Shown here: positions 1 through 10,477 of the stretch, piece by piece
Numbering within the stretch: the first letter of the stretch is position 1
Layout of the letters: each line of letters opens with the position of its first letter
From: Candidatus Omnitrophota bacterium
GTDB taxonomy: Bacteria > Hinthialibacterota > Hinthialibacteria > Hinthialibacterales > Hinthialibacteraceae
Length of the DNA stretch: 64,000 nucleotides
Direction: 5' to 3'
Assembly (NCBI GenBank): GCA_016934335.1
Contig: JAFGTC010000035.1
Span: 208-64,207 of the forward strand
Notes under the pieces: model-generated
Told to the model about the DNA's origin: nothing
What the model saw: only the letters and a program-made list of their open reading frames with translations
Database searches by the model: none
Translations under genes and position numbers: made by a program

Positions 1-516
1 GCCGCGCGCGTCAGCGTCCGCATGGGCGCCGAGCAAGTCAGCATCGTCTATCGCCGCACTCTCCAGGAAGCGCCCGCCCGCGACGAGGAAATTGAACACG
101 CCAAAGAAGAGGGAGTCGAATTCAAATTTCTGACCGCCCCGGTCGAACTGATCGGGACCGACGACGGATGGGTGAAAGAGATGAAATGCATCCAGATGGA
201 ACTAGGCGAACCGGACGACTCCGGACGCCGCCGCCCGGTTCCCATCAAAGGCTCCGAGTATATCATCCCCACCGAAACGGTCATCACCGCTCTGGGCTTT
301 GGCGTCAATCCTCTGGTTCCGCGCACTACCAAGGGCTTGGAACTCAATAAGTGGGGCGTCATCCTTGCCGAGCCTGAAACCGGCAAGACCAGCCGCAAAG
401 GGGTTTTCGCCGGCGGCGACTCCATCACCGGCGGCTCCACCGTCATCCTCGCCATGGGCCAGGGCCGCGTCGCCGCCAAAGCCATGCACGAGTACCTCAC
501 CACCGGAGAATGGTAA
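1..516 (+). CDS. C-terminal part of a GltD/SudA-family NAD(P)H-dependent FAD oxidoreductase (glutamate synthase small-subunit-like); 5' end lies outside the window
   Basis: The frame is open from base 1 to the stop at 514-516. The tail ...RKGVFAGGDSITGGSTVILAMGQGRVAAKAMHEYL is the typical C-terminal FAD-binding region of this family. A hairpin plus T-run follows. Confidence 0.7.
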   Translation, partial: AARVSVRMGAEQVSIVYRRTLQEAPARDEEIEHAKEEGVEFKFLTAPVELIGTDDGWVKEMKCIQMELGEPDDSGRRRPVPIKGSEYIIPTETVITALGFGVNPLVPRTTKGLELNKWGVILAEPETGKTSRKGVFAGGDSITGGSTVILAMGQGRVAAKAMHEYLTTGEW

Positions 517-550
517 AGTAACGCAACAATCCAACCAGGAATCCCCCCCA

Positions 551-578
551 AAGCGAGGCCAAAGCGCCTCGCTTTTTT
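551..578 (+). terminator. Rho-independent terminator after the gltD-like gene
   Basis: 9-bp stem AAGCGAGGC (551-559) / GCCTCGCTT (566-574), 6-nt loop, T-run 573-578. Confidence 0.6.
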
Positions 579-743
579 GCATAACGTTTCGTTACATTTT
601 CACCTCATTTCATAAAATTTTCCAAAATTCCACTATAAATTCGATTGTTTTTTTGTTTTTTTGTGACATAATATAAATTAATTCTTGGATTGTTGTGGAA
701 TTTTACTACTTTAATTACATCTAGAATAAAAATTGGAGGCACA

Positions 744-2660
744 ATGATGGAAAGCGCCGTAATTAAAAAAATGGGTTGCAGTAGCGCAGTATTAAGTATC
801 TTTATTTTATGCATTTCATCAGGGATTTTCGTTTTTGATGCGCAGGGACAAAACATTCGGGTAATTGGACCTACGGAGGATTCGCAAGACTACGCTCCTG
901 ATTCGATTCTGGTTCGTTTCAAGTCAAATACGCCTGAAAACGCCAAAGCATCCGCCCGAGCAAATGTCATGGGGCAATTGAACAAGAAATACCACATCGT
1001 TGAAGGTCTTGAGCATATCAAACTCAACGGAATTAGCGTCGAAAAAGCCATCAATATCTTAAACAAACTTCCGTTTGTTGAATATGCTGAACCTGATTAT
1101 GTTTTAATGGCAATAGAAACGCCTAACGATCCAGGATATACAAATGGTTATATGTGGGGAATGGATAATATAAAAGCGGATTTAGCTTGGGATATAGAAA
1201 CTGGTGCAGATAATCCACCTATTGTTGCAATCATAGACTCAGGCATAGATTATATTCACAAAGACTTAAGTGTTAACATGTGGATTAATGAAAGTGAGTA
1301 TATGGGAGAAAGTGGAAAAGATGATGATGATAATGGTTATATCGATGATATAAATGGATGGAATTTTGTAAGTGATAACAATAACCCTATAGACGATAAT
1401 GGACATGGAACGCATACAGCCGGCACCGTTGCCGCTGTCGGAAATAACAGTATTGGTGTTGTTGGTGTTGTCTGGAAAGCCCAACTTATGGCACTGAAAT
1501 TTCTGGATGCATCCGGCAGTGGCTATACAAGTGGTGCCGTGTCGGCTCTTCAATACGCTAAAGAAAATGGTGCAATAATATCAAATAATAGTTGGGGAGG
1601 CGGCAGCTATTCCCAAGCATTGTATGATGCAATTGACAACTCTAGTGATGGTTTAGACCATTTGTTTGTAGCCGCAGCTGGAAATAGCGGTCGAGATACT
1701 GATAGAAGACCTTTTACCCACTACCCTTCTTGCTATGATTTGGATAATATTATATCTGTAGCGGCGATTGATAGCAATGATAACTTAGCCAGATTTTCGA
1801 ACTATGGAAGTTCAACTGTAGATCTTGCTGCACCTGGAGTTTATATAATAAGTACATATCCAGAAGACAGATATGCTTACATGGACGGCACCTCCATGGC
1901 GGCTCCTCATGTATCAGGAGTTGCTGCTCTGATTTTGGCAGAAAATCCTTCATTATCCTGGTCTGATGTGAAATCTAGAATTCTTAATAACACTCGTTAT
2001 TTAGCATCGCTTGATGGTAAAACATTAACTGGCGGTACGCTGAATGCGTATGATGCTCTTAACAACAAACCAACAAGCGGAGAAAACAATCCCCCAACCG
2101 CTGATTTCACATATACCACCACAGACTTAATTGCAAATTTCACCGATAAATCCACAGATAACGACGGTTCTGTCGTCGGTTGGAGTTGGGATTTTGGTGA
2201 TGAATCAGGTACAAGTGAAGAACAAAATCCAATCTACACTTATGCAGCAGCAGGAACTTACACCGTTACGCTGACTGTCACTGATGATGATGGTGCGACG
2301 GGTGAAACAAGTCAAAATGTTATAGTGAGTGATCAATCGACAGGAGATCTCACAGTAGACATTACATCAGATTTTCAAAAAGCCGGCAGAAATTGGAAAG
2401 CTATAGTCTATGTAAATGTCTATATACTAGGTAGTAATCCTAAAATTCCTGTTTCAGGCGCTTTTGTAGATGGTAAATGGTCTTATGATATAAGTGGAAA
2501 TGATGTATTTGGAACGACATCTGGTACAACAGATTCTAATGGAAATGTAACATTTGTATCAGATCCCATTAAAACAACAAATACTGTTTATTTCACAATA
2601 AAAACGATTAATGATGATACTTCTTTTAGCGGAGAGACAGAAGAAATTAAATATCCTTAA
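744..2660 (+). CDS. Secreted subtilisin-like serine protease (peptidase S8) with PKD-like module and extra C-terminal beta-rich domain
   Basis: Catalytic triad motifs DSGIDYIHKDL, HGTHTAGTVAA and GTSMAAPHVSGVAAL. PKD-like segment WSWDFGDE...GTYTVTLTVTDDDG. Hydrophobic signal peptide. Start moved to ATG 744, behind GGAGG at 735-739. Confidence 0.9.
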   Translation: MMESAVIKKMGCSSAVLSIFILCISSGIFVFDAQGQNIRVIGPTEDSQDYAPDSILVRFKSNTPENAKASARANVMGQLNKKYHIVEGLEHIKLNGISVEKAINILNKLPFVEYAEPDYVLMAIETPNDPGYTNGYMWGMDNIKADLAWDIETGADNPPIVAIIDSGIDYIHKDLSVNMWINESEYMGESGKDDDDNGYIDDINGWNFVSDNNNPIDDNGHGTHTAGTVAAVGNNSIGVVGVVWKAQLMALKFLDASGSGYTSGAVSALQYAKENGAIISNNSWGGGSYSQALYDAIDNSSDGLDHLFVAAAGNSGRDTDRRPFTHYPSCYDLDNIISVAAIDSNDNLARFSNYGSSTVDLAAPGVYIISTYPEDRYAYMDGTSMAAPHVSGVAALILAENPSLSWSDVKSRILNNTRYLASLDGKTLTGGTLNAYDALNNKPTSGENNPPTADFTYTTTDLIANFTDKSTDNDGSVVGWSWDFGDESGTSEEQNPIYTYAAAGTYTVTLTVTDDDGATGETSQNVIVSDQSTGDLTVDITSDFQKAGRNWKAIVYVNVYILGSNPKIPVSGAFVDGKWSYDISGNDVFGTTSGTTDSNGNVTFVSDPIKTTNTVYFTIKTINDDTSFSGETEEIKYP

Positions 2661-2688
2661 TAACAACAATGAATTGATTCAATATATG

Positions 2689-2722
2689 GGGGATAGGTGT
2701 ATTTTTACACCTATCCCCTTTT
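2689..2722 (+). terminator. Rho-independent terminator between convergent genes
   Basis: Perfect 12-bp stem GGGGATAGGTGT (2689-2700) / ACACCTATCCCC (2707-2718), loop ATTTTT, then TTTT. Confidence 0.7.
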
Positions 2723-2744
2723 GTTATTTTACTCCCCTCCCCTA

Positions 2745-4544
2745 TCAATAATTCGGCCAGGTCTCTACACCCGAACTTTCTCCCAGGTCGAAGGTTAATC
2801 CTACTACGCGGGTTCCTTCATAGCGGCGGTAGTTGGTGGATGTGGTTAAATTGGGGTATGTCGCCTTTCCAGCAGGCAGGCGGGTCGGGAGAATCCGGCA
2901 TATGTTCATAATAAAAGGCGCATTTCCAACCGCATCCAATAATTTAACCAGCAAGGGAAATCGGCCCTTCTTTAAATGAATGGTTTGCGAGGAGTGATCC
3001 GGCAGGGCCGCCTCTTGATAGCGGACGTTTTTGCGATAAACCTGCTCGCCGCCGATCCAGACGGCGCAATTCTCGTCATGCGAGATCCACAATTCCGCAT
3101 CCTGCTCTTCGGGAACCTCGATCCAACTGAACGCGTAATATGAGACGTCGGCGGAACTTTCGTAATACGCTTCAAAATCGATGATGTCATCGGAAAAGAA
3201 TATCGGTTCGGTCCATCCATTTTGTCCGGGCTTTCCCACGATCTCTTCATCGGGCGCGCCCAAATGATCCGCATCGAGATCGGCGCCGGGGGAAGAATTG
3301 AGCAGCCATAACCGGTTGTTCATGCCAAAATGCCCCCGGTTGCCCTGCGATCCCTGAGGAGTGCGCTCAAAGTAATACATGGAATCTTCAATGGAATGCT
3401 CGCCGATAATCTCGATCTGATCGGGATTCATCGTCCCCAACCCTTCCCGAGAAGCTTCGCATAGATGCGGGACGTCATCTGGATTCAATCCCATCAATCG
3501 AGTGCAGACAGAGTCGACCGCCGCCATATCCGCGCCCGCAATCAACATGTTCCTGCGAACAGCCGGAGAACTGGCCGTCTTGGCTCTCTCTTTGCAGACG
3601 ATGGCGTCCACGAGACAATAATCCGACGGAGCGATGGAAGCCAGTTCGATAATTTCACGCTCGATCGAATTGCGCCCCGGCCAATCTTGATGCAATCCGA
3701 ACGGATCGCCCGGATTCGGCCCTCCCTGCCCTTTGTAAGTTCCATATTTGGCCCCGGCGGCGACGCCTATGTAGTTTTTCAAACATACGGTGATTTGAGG
3801 CGTATGGATTTTCATGACCGGAACATTGATCAGCACATCCATATCCAGGAAGGCTTCATGAATCCAATACTCTCCATACTCGATAAAATCGATGAAATCG
3901 GGCGTCTGAACAAGGCGTATTCCTTGTAAGGGATCCTCCATGGTTCCAAAATCAGCGTCGACGAGATCCACTTGAATCCCATCCTCCGCCAGCCGCATTT
4001 GAGCGTCTTTATATCCCGCCCGGTCGAAGCCGTCTCCGACCGGTGCGCCGCCGGAATTATATTTCGTACCAGCCCAATCGGAAGAAAGCCACCCGCCGCC
4101 GCCTTCCGCAATGGTATAATGCAAATCGCCCGGCCCGCGCTCCTCCATCCATCGGATCAGCCCTTCCACAACGCGGGGATCCGTATTGACGCCGTTTCCG
4201 ACATCCGCCAATTCCACGATATTCGGCTTGATGGTCACCTTGGCGCCCGCAAACAAGAGAGGCTCCAAATCGCCGGAGAGATCCAAAACCTGGCGCGTCA
4301 TCTCGATAATTTCATCATTCGACAAGACGGCGCTGAGAGATTGGGGCGAATTCATAAACGATTCATCCGACCGAACCAGAGCCACATTGGTTTGATAATC
4401 GGAAGGTACGCCGTCCATTTTCAACTGCGATGCAGGAATAGCGATAATCGGAGAGGAATTTTGCAAAGTTAAAGCGATGTCGATTCCGACCAAAATAAGC
4501 AGCGCGATGAATCCCAACATGTAAACAACTTTTCGTGAAATCAT
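2745..4544 (-). CDS. DUF362-like protein with N-terminal membrane anchor and extra C-terminal beta-rich domain
   Basis: KVTIKPNIVE...TDPRVVEGLIRWMEERG and AGADMAAVDSVCTRLMG resemble the DUF362 core. There is an N-terminal hydrophobic helix. The family call is from memory and was not searched. Confidence 0.55.
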   Translation of the reverse strand: MISRKVVYMLGFIALLILVGIDIALTLQNSSPIIAIPASQLKMDGVPSDYQTNVALVRSDESFMNSPQSLSAVLSNDEIIEMTRQVLDLSGDLEPLLFAGAKVTIKPNIVELADVGNGVNTDPRVVEGLIRWMEERGPGDLHYTIAEGGGGWLSSDWAGTKYNSGGAPVGDGFDRAGYKDAQMRLAEDGIQVDLVDADFGTMEDPLQGIRLVQTPDFIDFIEYGEYWIHEAFLDMDVLINVPVMKIHTPQITVCLKNYIGVAAGAKYGTYKGQGGPNPGDPFGLHQDWPGRNSIEREIIELASIAPSDYCLVDAIVCKERAKTASSPAVRRNMLIAGADMAAVDSVCTRLMGLNPDDVPHLCEASREGLGTMNPDQIEIIGEHSIEDSMYYFERTPQGSQGNRGHFGMNNRLWLLNSSPGADLDADHLGAPDEEIVGKPGQNGWTEPIFFSDDIIDFEAYYESSADVSYYAFSWIEVPEEQDAELWISHDENCAVWIGGEQVYRKNVRYQEAALPDHSSQTIHLKKGRFPLLVKLLDAVGNAPFIMNICRILPTRLPAGKATYPNLTTSTNYRRYEGTRVVGLTFDLGESSGVETWPNY

Positions 4545-4795
4545 CGTATCCCCTTTTTGTTTACTGATTTTTAGAACGAAGCCGTCATAAAAGCGGCGCG
4601 ATTCACCTGTTTAACTTATTCTTGCATAATCAATCTTCTCATGTCAATGAAATTTATTTCTTTTTCTTCAATAGGAAAAGATAGAGATATACTCATGAGA
4701 GAATTGAGATACAATCTCATCATATTCAAAAGAAGGATGAAAGAATCATTTTTAAGAGAAAAACCCTGTTTGGCTGGGCGGCCGTCTTTGTCAGT

Positions 4796-6226
4796 TTGCT
4801 GCCATTGGTCTTGATTGAAATCGCATTGAGGATAAGCGTAAGCGCTCCAGCGGATTCTTGGAGCGATCCGTATATTACATTCGAAGGCCTTCAGCCGCTC
4901 TTCGCGCTCGATTCATCGGGAAAGCATTATGAGACGGCAGAGAACCGTTTGGAATTTTTCCGTAAACAATCCTTCCCCGCTCAAAAAGAAAAAGAATCCT
5001 TCCGGATATTCTGTTTGGGAGGATCAACCGTGCAAGGGCGCCCGTACTCGGTCGAAACCGCTTTTCCAGCCTGGCTGCAACTCAATCTGCAAGCGGCTCA
5101 ACCGCAGAGGCGCTTCGAAGTAATCAACTGCGGAGGCGTTTCCTACGCCAGTTATCGCCTCATTCCCATTCTGGAAGAGCTGCTTCATTACTCTCCCGAT
5201 CTCTTCATCCTCTATACGGGGCATAATGAATTTCTGGAGGATCGAACGTATAGCGCTATTAAGCAAACGCCTCGCTTTTTAACTCGCATTCATCATCGAA
5301 TGATGGATTTGCGCACTTATTCATGGCTGCACCGATCCATTTCAAGTTTGCGCGCAGCGAATGTTGAATCGGCTTCGAAGACTATGCTGCCCACAGAAGT
5401 CCATGCCAAACTCGATTTGCACGATGGATTGGACGCCTACCACAGAGATGATGCATGGAGTCAAGACATCATGAATCACTTTCAACAGAATTTGGAAGTC
5501 ATGATTTCAATAGCCGAGGAAGCCGGCGTCCCGGTTATTCTCATGAATCCTGCATTCAATCTAAAAGACTGCCCTCCCATCAAATCGGAATTAGACCCGA
5601 ACCTTTCCGATGAAAAAAAGAAGCGTTTTCAAACATATTGGGATCAAGCCGTACAGATTGAATGGAGCGCTTCGGAAGAAAAGTTGCGATGGTTGAAGAA
5701 GGCGCAGGAAATCGATCCGCAGCACGCCGGCGTTTTGTATCTCATGGGAAAATGCTTTGAAACGATGGGCCGTCTGGCTGAAGCCAAAAAATGGCTTTCC
5801 CGAGCCAAAGAAGCGGATGTCTGCCCATTGAGAATTCTGGCGCCCATGCTTGAATCCATCCAGCGCATCGCCGCCCTACATCAAATCAAGTTGGTTGATA
5901 TCAAGAAACTGATTGAGGATAACACCGACGGCGGCATTCCGGGAAACGAATGGCTGATGGATCATGTCCACCCGACGATCAAAGGCCATCAATTGATCGC
6001 CGATGCTCTTTATGGCGCTATTCAAGAGATGGGATTGATTTCCACGCCCAGCGAATGGCGGCAAAACCGTTTTCAATTCTGGCGCAATCACTTATCCTCT
6101 CTGAGCGAAGCTTATTATGAAAAAGGCGCCATGCGGCTGAATCGTCTTCAAAAATGGAGCCGCGGGCGGATACCCGATTTAGCCGATGCGGTTCATTCTG
6201 AAAATTCATCGTCGCATTTGCAATAA
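4796..6226 (+). CDS. SGNH/GDSL-family hydrolase with TPR-like helical insert
   Basis: Block I-like [13 protein letters not shown] and block V-like [20 protein letters not shown]-like stretch [29 protein letters not shown]. The TTG start is from the ORF track and the N-terminus is uncertain (see finding). Confidence 0.6.
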   Translation: MLPLVLIEIALRISVSAPADSWSDPYITFEGLQPLFALDSSGKHYETAENRLEFFRKQSFPAQKEKESFRIFCLGGSTVQGRPYSVETAFPAWLQLNLQAAQPQRRFEVINCGGVSYASYRLIPILEELLHYSPDLFILYTGHNEFLEDRTYSAIKQTPRFLTRIHHRMMDLRTYSWLHRSISSLRAANVESASKTMLPTEVHAKLDLHDGLDAYHRDDAWSQDIMNHFQQNLEVMISIAEEAGVPVILMNPAFNLKDCPPIKSELDPNLSDEKKKRFQTYWDQAVQIEWSASEEKLRWLKKAQEIDPQHAGVLYLMGKCFETMGRLAEAKKWLSRAKEADVCPLRILAPMLESIQRIAALHQIKLVDIKKLIEDNTDGGIPGNEWLMDHVHPTIKGHQLIADALYGAIQEMGLISTPSEWRQNRFQFWRNHLSSLSEAYYEKGAMRLNRLQKWSRGRIPDLADAVHSENSSSHLQ

Positions 6227-6239
6227 GGAAAGAAAAATC

Positions 6240-6554
6240 ATGATGCGAAAATCTTTTGTGATGCAAGTCAATCCCGATCAACATGCGGAATATGAAAAGC
6301 GCCATAATCCAATATGGCCGGAATTAAAAGAAGCGCTGAAGGCGCACGGCGCGCATAATTACTCGATATTCCTCGATCCCGAAGCCCATCTATTATTCGC
6401 GTATGTCGAAGTGGAAGACGAAGCCCGCTGGGATGCGATTGCGCAGACGGACGTATGCAAAAAATGGTGGGCGTATATGCGGGAAGTGATGCCGAGCAAT
6501 CCAGACAACAGCCCCGTCTCCAAACCGTTGAAGGAATTGTTCCATTTGGACTAG
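6240..6554 (+). CDS. rhaM: L-rhamnose mutarotase
   Basis: The 104-aa product [45 protein letters not shown]...WWAYM fits the RhaM/YiiL family in length and motifs. Start set to ATG 6240. Confidence 0.85.
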   Translation: MMRKSFVMQVNPDQHAEYEKRHNPIWPELKEALKAHGAHNYSIFLDPEAHLLFAYVEVEDEARWDAIAQTDVCKKWWAYMREVMPSNPDNSPVSKPLKELFHLD

Positions 6555-6592
6555 ATGGATTTTGGCGGGCTGCGCTTCCCTCCTCTATTCAG

Positions 6593-8461
6593 CTAATTAG
6601 AAGCCGTACTTGGAAATTGAATGGCGGGTCGAGAGGGGAGATTCATTCCCTCTCCCATGTAGAAGCCGGGGTGCGCAGGTTGGTTGTATCCGACGTTTTG
6701 GCATGCTGCGCTCAGCCGGTAAGCGGGATCGTGCATGAGCGTATAAAGCCGATGGTTCGTAAGAACGGTGCTCATGAAGATGCGCAATTCTTGATTGTCG
6801 CTTGTTCGCCAAATCACTTCTTCCCGCCAATCGCCTACGATGTCGGCGCAAAGACAGGGATTCGCTTTGCTGCCATTGTTGCTGGCGCAGTCATAATCTC
6901 TCCCCGATAATAAGCGCGAGGAAGAAGCATCCTGATAATTCCATTTGTCGATGACAACCCCATCGAGAATTTCTCGCAGCCAATCGCCGTCCCACCAGAT
7001 TCCCATGTTGCAGGAGCGGGGCTTCGATTCCGATATTTTTTCGCCCTTGCAACTGTACAAGCCGTTCAATCCCTTTCCGGACGCCCAGCATTCATATCCT
7101 CGATATCTTGGATCGATGTCCATGGCGATTCCTCTTCCAACATCGGGAGATTCAACGCCCCAGATCACTGAACCGTCGCCTGCATCGCGGAGATTGGCGC
7201 CGTAAGGATGATTCGGTCGTTCATGGATGGCGAAGACTTCCAATCCCGGTCGATCAGGATCCATATCGGACAAGTGCATGGCGTCGCCATGCCCCAAGCC
7301 CGTCGCATAAAGCCCTTTTCCGTCATCATCGATGGCGCAGGCTCCATAGATGATTTCATCCTTCCCATCGCCGTCGACGTCGCCGATGCTGAGGTTGTGA
7401 TTGCCCTGCCCCCGATAATCAATATTTCCCGGAGTTCCGTCGTCGCTGTCGAACGTCCATCGATGGCTTAAACGCCCCTCTCTCCAATCCCAGGCCGCGA
7501 GAACCGTTCTTGTATAATAGCCGCGACACATGACCAGGCTCGGCCTGCGTCCGTCCAGATAAGCGACGCCCGCTAAAAAACGATCAACTCGATTTCCATA
7601 GTCGTCGCCCCAACTCGAAACCTTTCCTCGCGGAGGAATGTAATCGGCGACAGCCAGAGCGGCGCCGGTTTCTCCATCGAAAACAGTGAGAAATTCCGGG
7701 CCGTCTAATATATATCCGCTCGAATTACGATAATCCGCCTCGGGATCGCCGATGACGGCGCCGACTCCATCGACGGCTCCATCCGCTGTTTTACACGCTA
7801 TCTCCGCTTTTCCGTCTCCATCAAGATCGTATACAATAAATTGCGTATAATGAGCGCCTTCCCGGATATTCTTTCCCAGATCGATCCGCCATAAAAAAGA
7901 ACCATCGAGTTTGTAAGCTTCAAGGATCGGTCGGCCCGTTATTCCCCGCTGCGAATTATCACGCCCTCTGGAAGTTTGATGCAATACGATTTCATATTCG
8001 CCGTCTCCGTCCAGATCCCCAACCGATGCATCGTTGGGACTGTAGTCTTCCGGAGTTTTTAGCGGAATGGAGAGATAAGGAAGAATCGCCGCATTAGCGG
8101 GGATGGCAAATAGCTTTCCCGCCCGGCATTCCTTCCCATCCAGAACCTCTACAACGTGCCAACTGTTTTTTTGGGATAAATCGACTGCTGCGTCTATAAA
8201 ATTGGTCGATTCGGTTATCGGCCGCACATTCAGTTTTATTGGAATGCCATCGTTCGTAGATCGATACAGATTAAATGCGATATTATCTGGATCCGATCCC
8301 AGCAGACGCCATCCCAAATAAACCTGTTTGCTCTCCAGAGGAATCGCCGCCATTCCCCGACCTAGATTTTCCATCTGGCGCTGCGCCAAACCGGGAGATG
8401 CAAACATTAAATTCAAGACACAATAAATTGCAAAAAATCCCCATATTGAACTTTGCCCCAT
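6593..8461 (-). CDS. Rhamnogalacturonan lyase, PL11-like (YesW/YesX type)
   Basis: Signal peptide. FG-GAP/Ca-loop repeats DLDGDGEYEIV, DLDGDGKAEI and DVDGDGKDEIIYG. C-terminal LYTLMHDPAYRLSAACQNVGYNQP. Length about 620 aa. Convergent with rhaM. Confidence 0.75.
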   Translation of the reverse strand: MGQSSIWGFFAIYCVLNLMFASPGLAQRQMENLGRGMAAIPLESKQVYLGWRLLGSDPDNIAFNLYRSTNDGIPIKLNVRPITESTNFIDAAVDLSQKNSWHVVEVLDGKECRAGKLFAIPANAAILPYLSIPLKTPEDYSPNDASVGDLDGDGEYEIVLHQTSRGRDNSQRGITGRPILEAYKLDGSFLWRIDLGKNIREGAHYTQFIVYDLDGDGKAEIACKTADGAVDGVGAVIGDPEADYRNSSGYILDGPEFLTVFDGETGAALAVADYIPPRGKVSSWGDDYGNRVDRFLAGVAYLDGRRPSLVMCRGYYTRTVLAAWDWREGRLSHRWTFDSDDGTPGNIDYRGQGNHNLSIGDVDGDGKDEIIYGACAIDDDGKGLYATGLGHGDAMHLSDMDPDRPGLEVFAIHERPNHPYGANLRDAGDGSVIWGVESPDVGRGIAMDIDPRYRGYECWASGKGLNGLYSCKGEKISESKPRSCNMGIWWDGDWLREILDGVVIDKWNYQDASSSRLLSGRDYDCASNNGSKANPCLCADIVGDWREEVIWRTSDNQELRIFMSTVLTNHRLYTLMHDPAYRLSAACQNVGYNQPAHPGFYMGEGMNLPSRPAIQFPSTASN

Positions 8462-8499
8462 TATGCTCCCCTTTAGTCGCCCTAAAGAATTTCTGAATT

Positions 8500-9768
8500 T
8501 TATTCATGGCGCAGAGCGACGATCGGATCGAGATTGGATGCGCGAAAGGCCGGATAAATGCCAAAGAGAATCCCCACGCCCATACTGATTCCCAGAGACA
8601 GCACCAGACTGTATGCGCTGACGACGGTCGGCATTCCCGCCAGAAGAGTAATCATCCAAGGAATTAACAATCCAATCCCCATGCCGATAAGTCCGCCGGT
8701 TGTAGAGAGGACTACTGTTTCTATCAGAAATTGAAGCACGATCTGCTTCTTTTTTGCGCCGATGGCGCGGCGTATGCCGATTTCCCGCGTTCGCTCGGTC
8801 ACGGACGCCAGCATGATATTCATAATGCCGATGCCGCCGACGAGAAGACTGATGCCGGCGATGGAACCCAGCACAACGTTGAATGTTCTTTTTGTCGCTT
8901 CGGCTTGGCGCAATAGAGTCAGCGGTACGCTGATTTTGTAATCCGTCTTTTTATGGAAACGCTTTAACATCGCCTCGATGCCCTTGGCGGTCATCTCTAC
9001 ATTTTGGGTAGAGTCGACTTGGACGATGATTTGATGGAGTTCGACTTTCTCGCGAGTTTCCGAGCCGGCGACGCGCTTCATAAAGATATCGCCGTAGCGC
9101 TCTCGGGCGACGGTAACAGGGATGTAAGCGTCGATCTCCTGATCGGGCGTTTGAATGTCTCCGCCGATCACGCTGGCGCTTTGAACGATGCCGATTACTT
9201 CAAAATATTCGCTCCCCAGACGCAGGGTTTGACCGATGGTGTTTTTGGTCGCCAAGAGTTTTCGAACGCCGTGTTCAGTCAAAACCACTACATTTCCGCG
9301 TTCATCCAAGTCGCGCTGCATCAATACGCGACCGCTGATAATCGGACGCTGGATAAGTTCAAACCAGTTGGGAGTCGTTCCCACAACGCGCAATTCCATG
9401 GATCGCTCTCCCAAACGGGCCTGTTTGCGTATTTCTTTCACAGGGACAGTCCTATTCACGCTTGGAAAACTCTCCGCGATCCTCCGCTCGTCTTCATACA
9501 AAAGCCCGTAAATGCTCATTAAGATTCGCGTGTTGGTCTGGGTCTCTTCTTCGATGGATTTGGCGGAGGATATCAGGATGTTCTGGCTTCCTAATTTCCG
9601 GATCCGATCCAACGCTTCTTTGCTCGCTCCTTCACCAACGGCCAACATGGCGATCACGCTCCCGACGCCGAACACAACGCCAAGCATGGTGAGAAACGAA
9701 CGTAATTTGTGCAGCAAGAGATTCTTCACGCCTAGATTGATTTCACGCGCATATTTCTGAATTAACAT
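8500..9768 (-). CDS. ABC transporter permease, MacB/FtsX type
   Basis: N-terminal TM helix, large periplasmic domain, and C-terminal FtsX-like 3-TM bundle (GIMNIMLASVTERTREIGIRRAIGAKK). Last gene of the four-gene efflux operon. Confidence 0.85.
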   Translation of the reverse strand: MLIQKYAREINLGVKNLLLHKLRSFLTMLGVVFGVGSVIAMLAVGEGASKEALDRIRKLGSQNILISSAKSIEEETQTNTRILMSIYGLLYEDERRIAESFPSVNRTVPVKEIRKQARLGERSMELRVVGTTPNWFELIQRPIISGRVLMQRDLDERGNVVVLTEHGVRKLLATKNTIGQTLRLGSEYFEVIGIVQSASVIGGDIQTPDQEIDAYIPVTVARERYGDIFMKRVAGSETREKVELHQIIVQVDSTQNVEMTAKGIEAMLKRFHKKTDYKISVPLTLLRQAEATKRTFNVVLGSIAGISLLVGGIGIMNIMLASVTERTREIGIRRAIGAKKKQIVLQFLIETVVLSTTGGLIGMGIGLLIPWMITLLAGMPTVVSAYSLVLSLGISMGVGILFGIYPAFRASNLDPIVALRHE

Positions 9769-9773
9769 AATTT

Positions 9774-10475
9774 TTAACTTTCGATAGTTTCAATAAGACC
9801 GTCTCGCATGTAAAGTCGATGTTTGGCGTATTCAGCGATGTCCCGTTCATGAGTGACCATGATGATTGTTTTTCCTTGTTGATTGAGAGCGCGGAGCAGG
9901 TTCATAATCTCGATGGTCGTATGGGAATCCAGGTTGCCGGTTGGTTCGTCCGCCAATAAGATCGCCGGATCATTGGCGAGAGCGCGGGCGATGGCGACGC
10001 GCTGCTGCTGGCCCCCGGAGAGTTCCATGGGCCGATGGCTGAGCCTGTCTTCCAGACCAACCATGCGCGCCAGAACGCGGGCGCGCTCCGCGCTTTCTTC
10101 CGGATCCCATCCTTGATAATACAATGGCAGCTGTATATTTTCTTCCACCGTCGACTGAGGGATCAAGTTGAAACTCTGGAAAATAAAGCCTAAATGGCGA
10201 AGACGCATATCGCTTAAATCATCGTCGTCCAAGGTGCTGACATCATGGCCGTTCAATACATAGGTTCCTTTCGTCGGACGATCCAGACAGCCGAGAAGAT
10301 TGAGCAGAGTGCTTTTCCCTGAACCGCTGGGTCCAAGAATCGCCCAGAAACTTCCCGTCTCAAATGAGATGCTGACGCCGGCCAACGCTTTGACTTCCTG
10401 CATCCCCATTTGATAGATTTTATGAACGTCATTCAAATAGGCGGCTACGCCGTTGCTGGATGGTGATTGCATCAT
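9774..10475 (-). CDS. ABC transporter ATP-binding protein (MacB/LolD type)
   Basis: Walker [10 protein letters not shown], signature [15 protein letters not shown], Walker [13 protein letters not shown]. Confidence 0.9.
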   Translation of the reverse strand: MMQSPSSNGVAAYLNDVHKIYQMGMQEVKALAGVSISFETGSFWAILGPSGSGKSTLLNLLGCLDRPTKGTYVLNGHDVSTLDDDDLSDMRLRHLGFIFQSFNLIPQSTVEENIQLPLYYQGWDPEESAERARVLARMVGLEDRLSHRPMELSGGQQQRVAIARALANDPAILLADEPTGNLDSHTTIEIMNLLRALNQQGKTIIMVTHERDIAEYAKHRLYMRDGLIETIES

Positions 10476-10477
10476 TT

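Noticed and set aside
48-551. Long antisense ORFs overlapping well-supported genes, for example 48-551(-), 3465-3929(+), 9004-9522(+), 28261-28917(+), 47865-48545(+), 50390-51232(+) and 53711-54262(+).
   Set aside because: Their compositions are Arg/Ala/Gly/Pro-rich and low in information, which is typical of shadow frames in GC-rich coding DNA. In each case the opposite strand carries a protein with clear family motifs.
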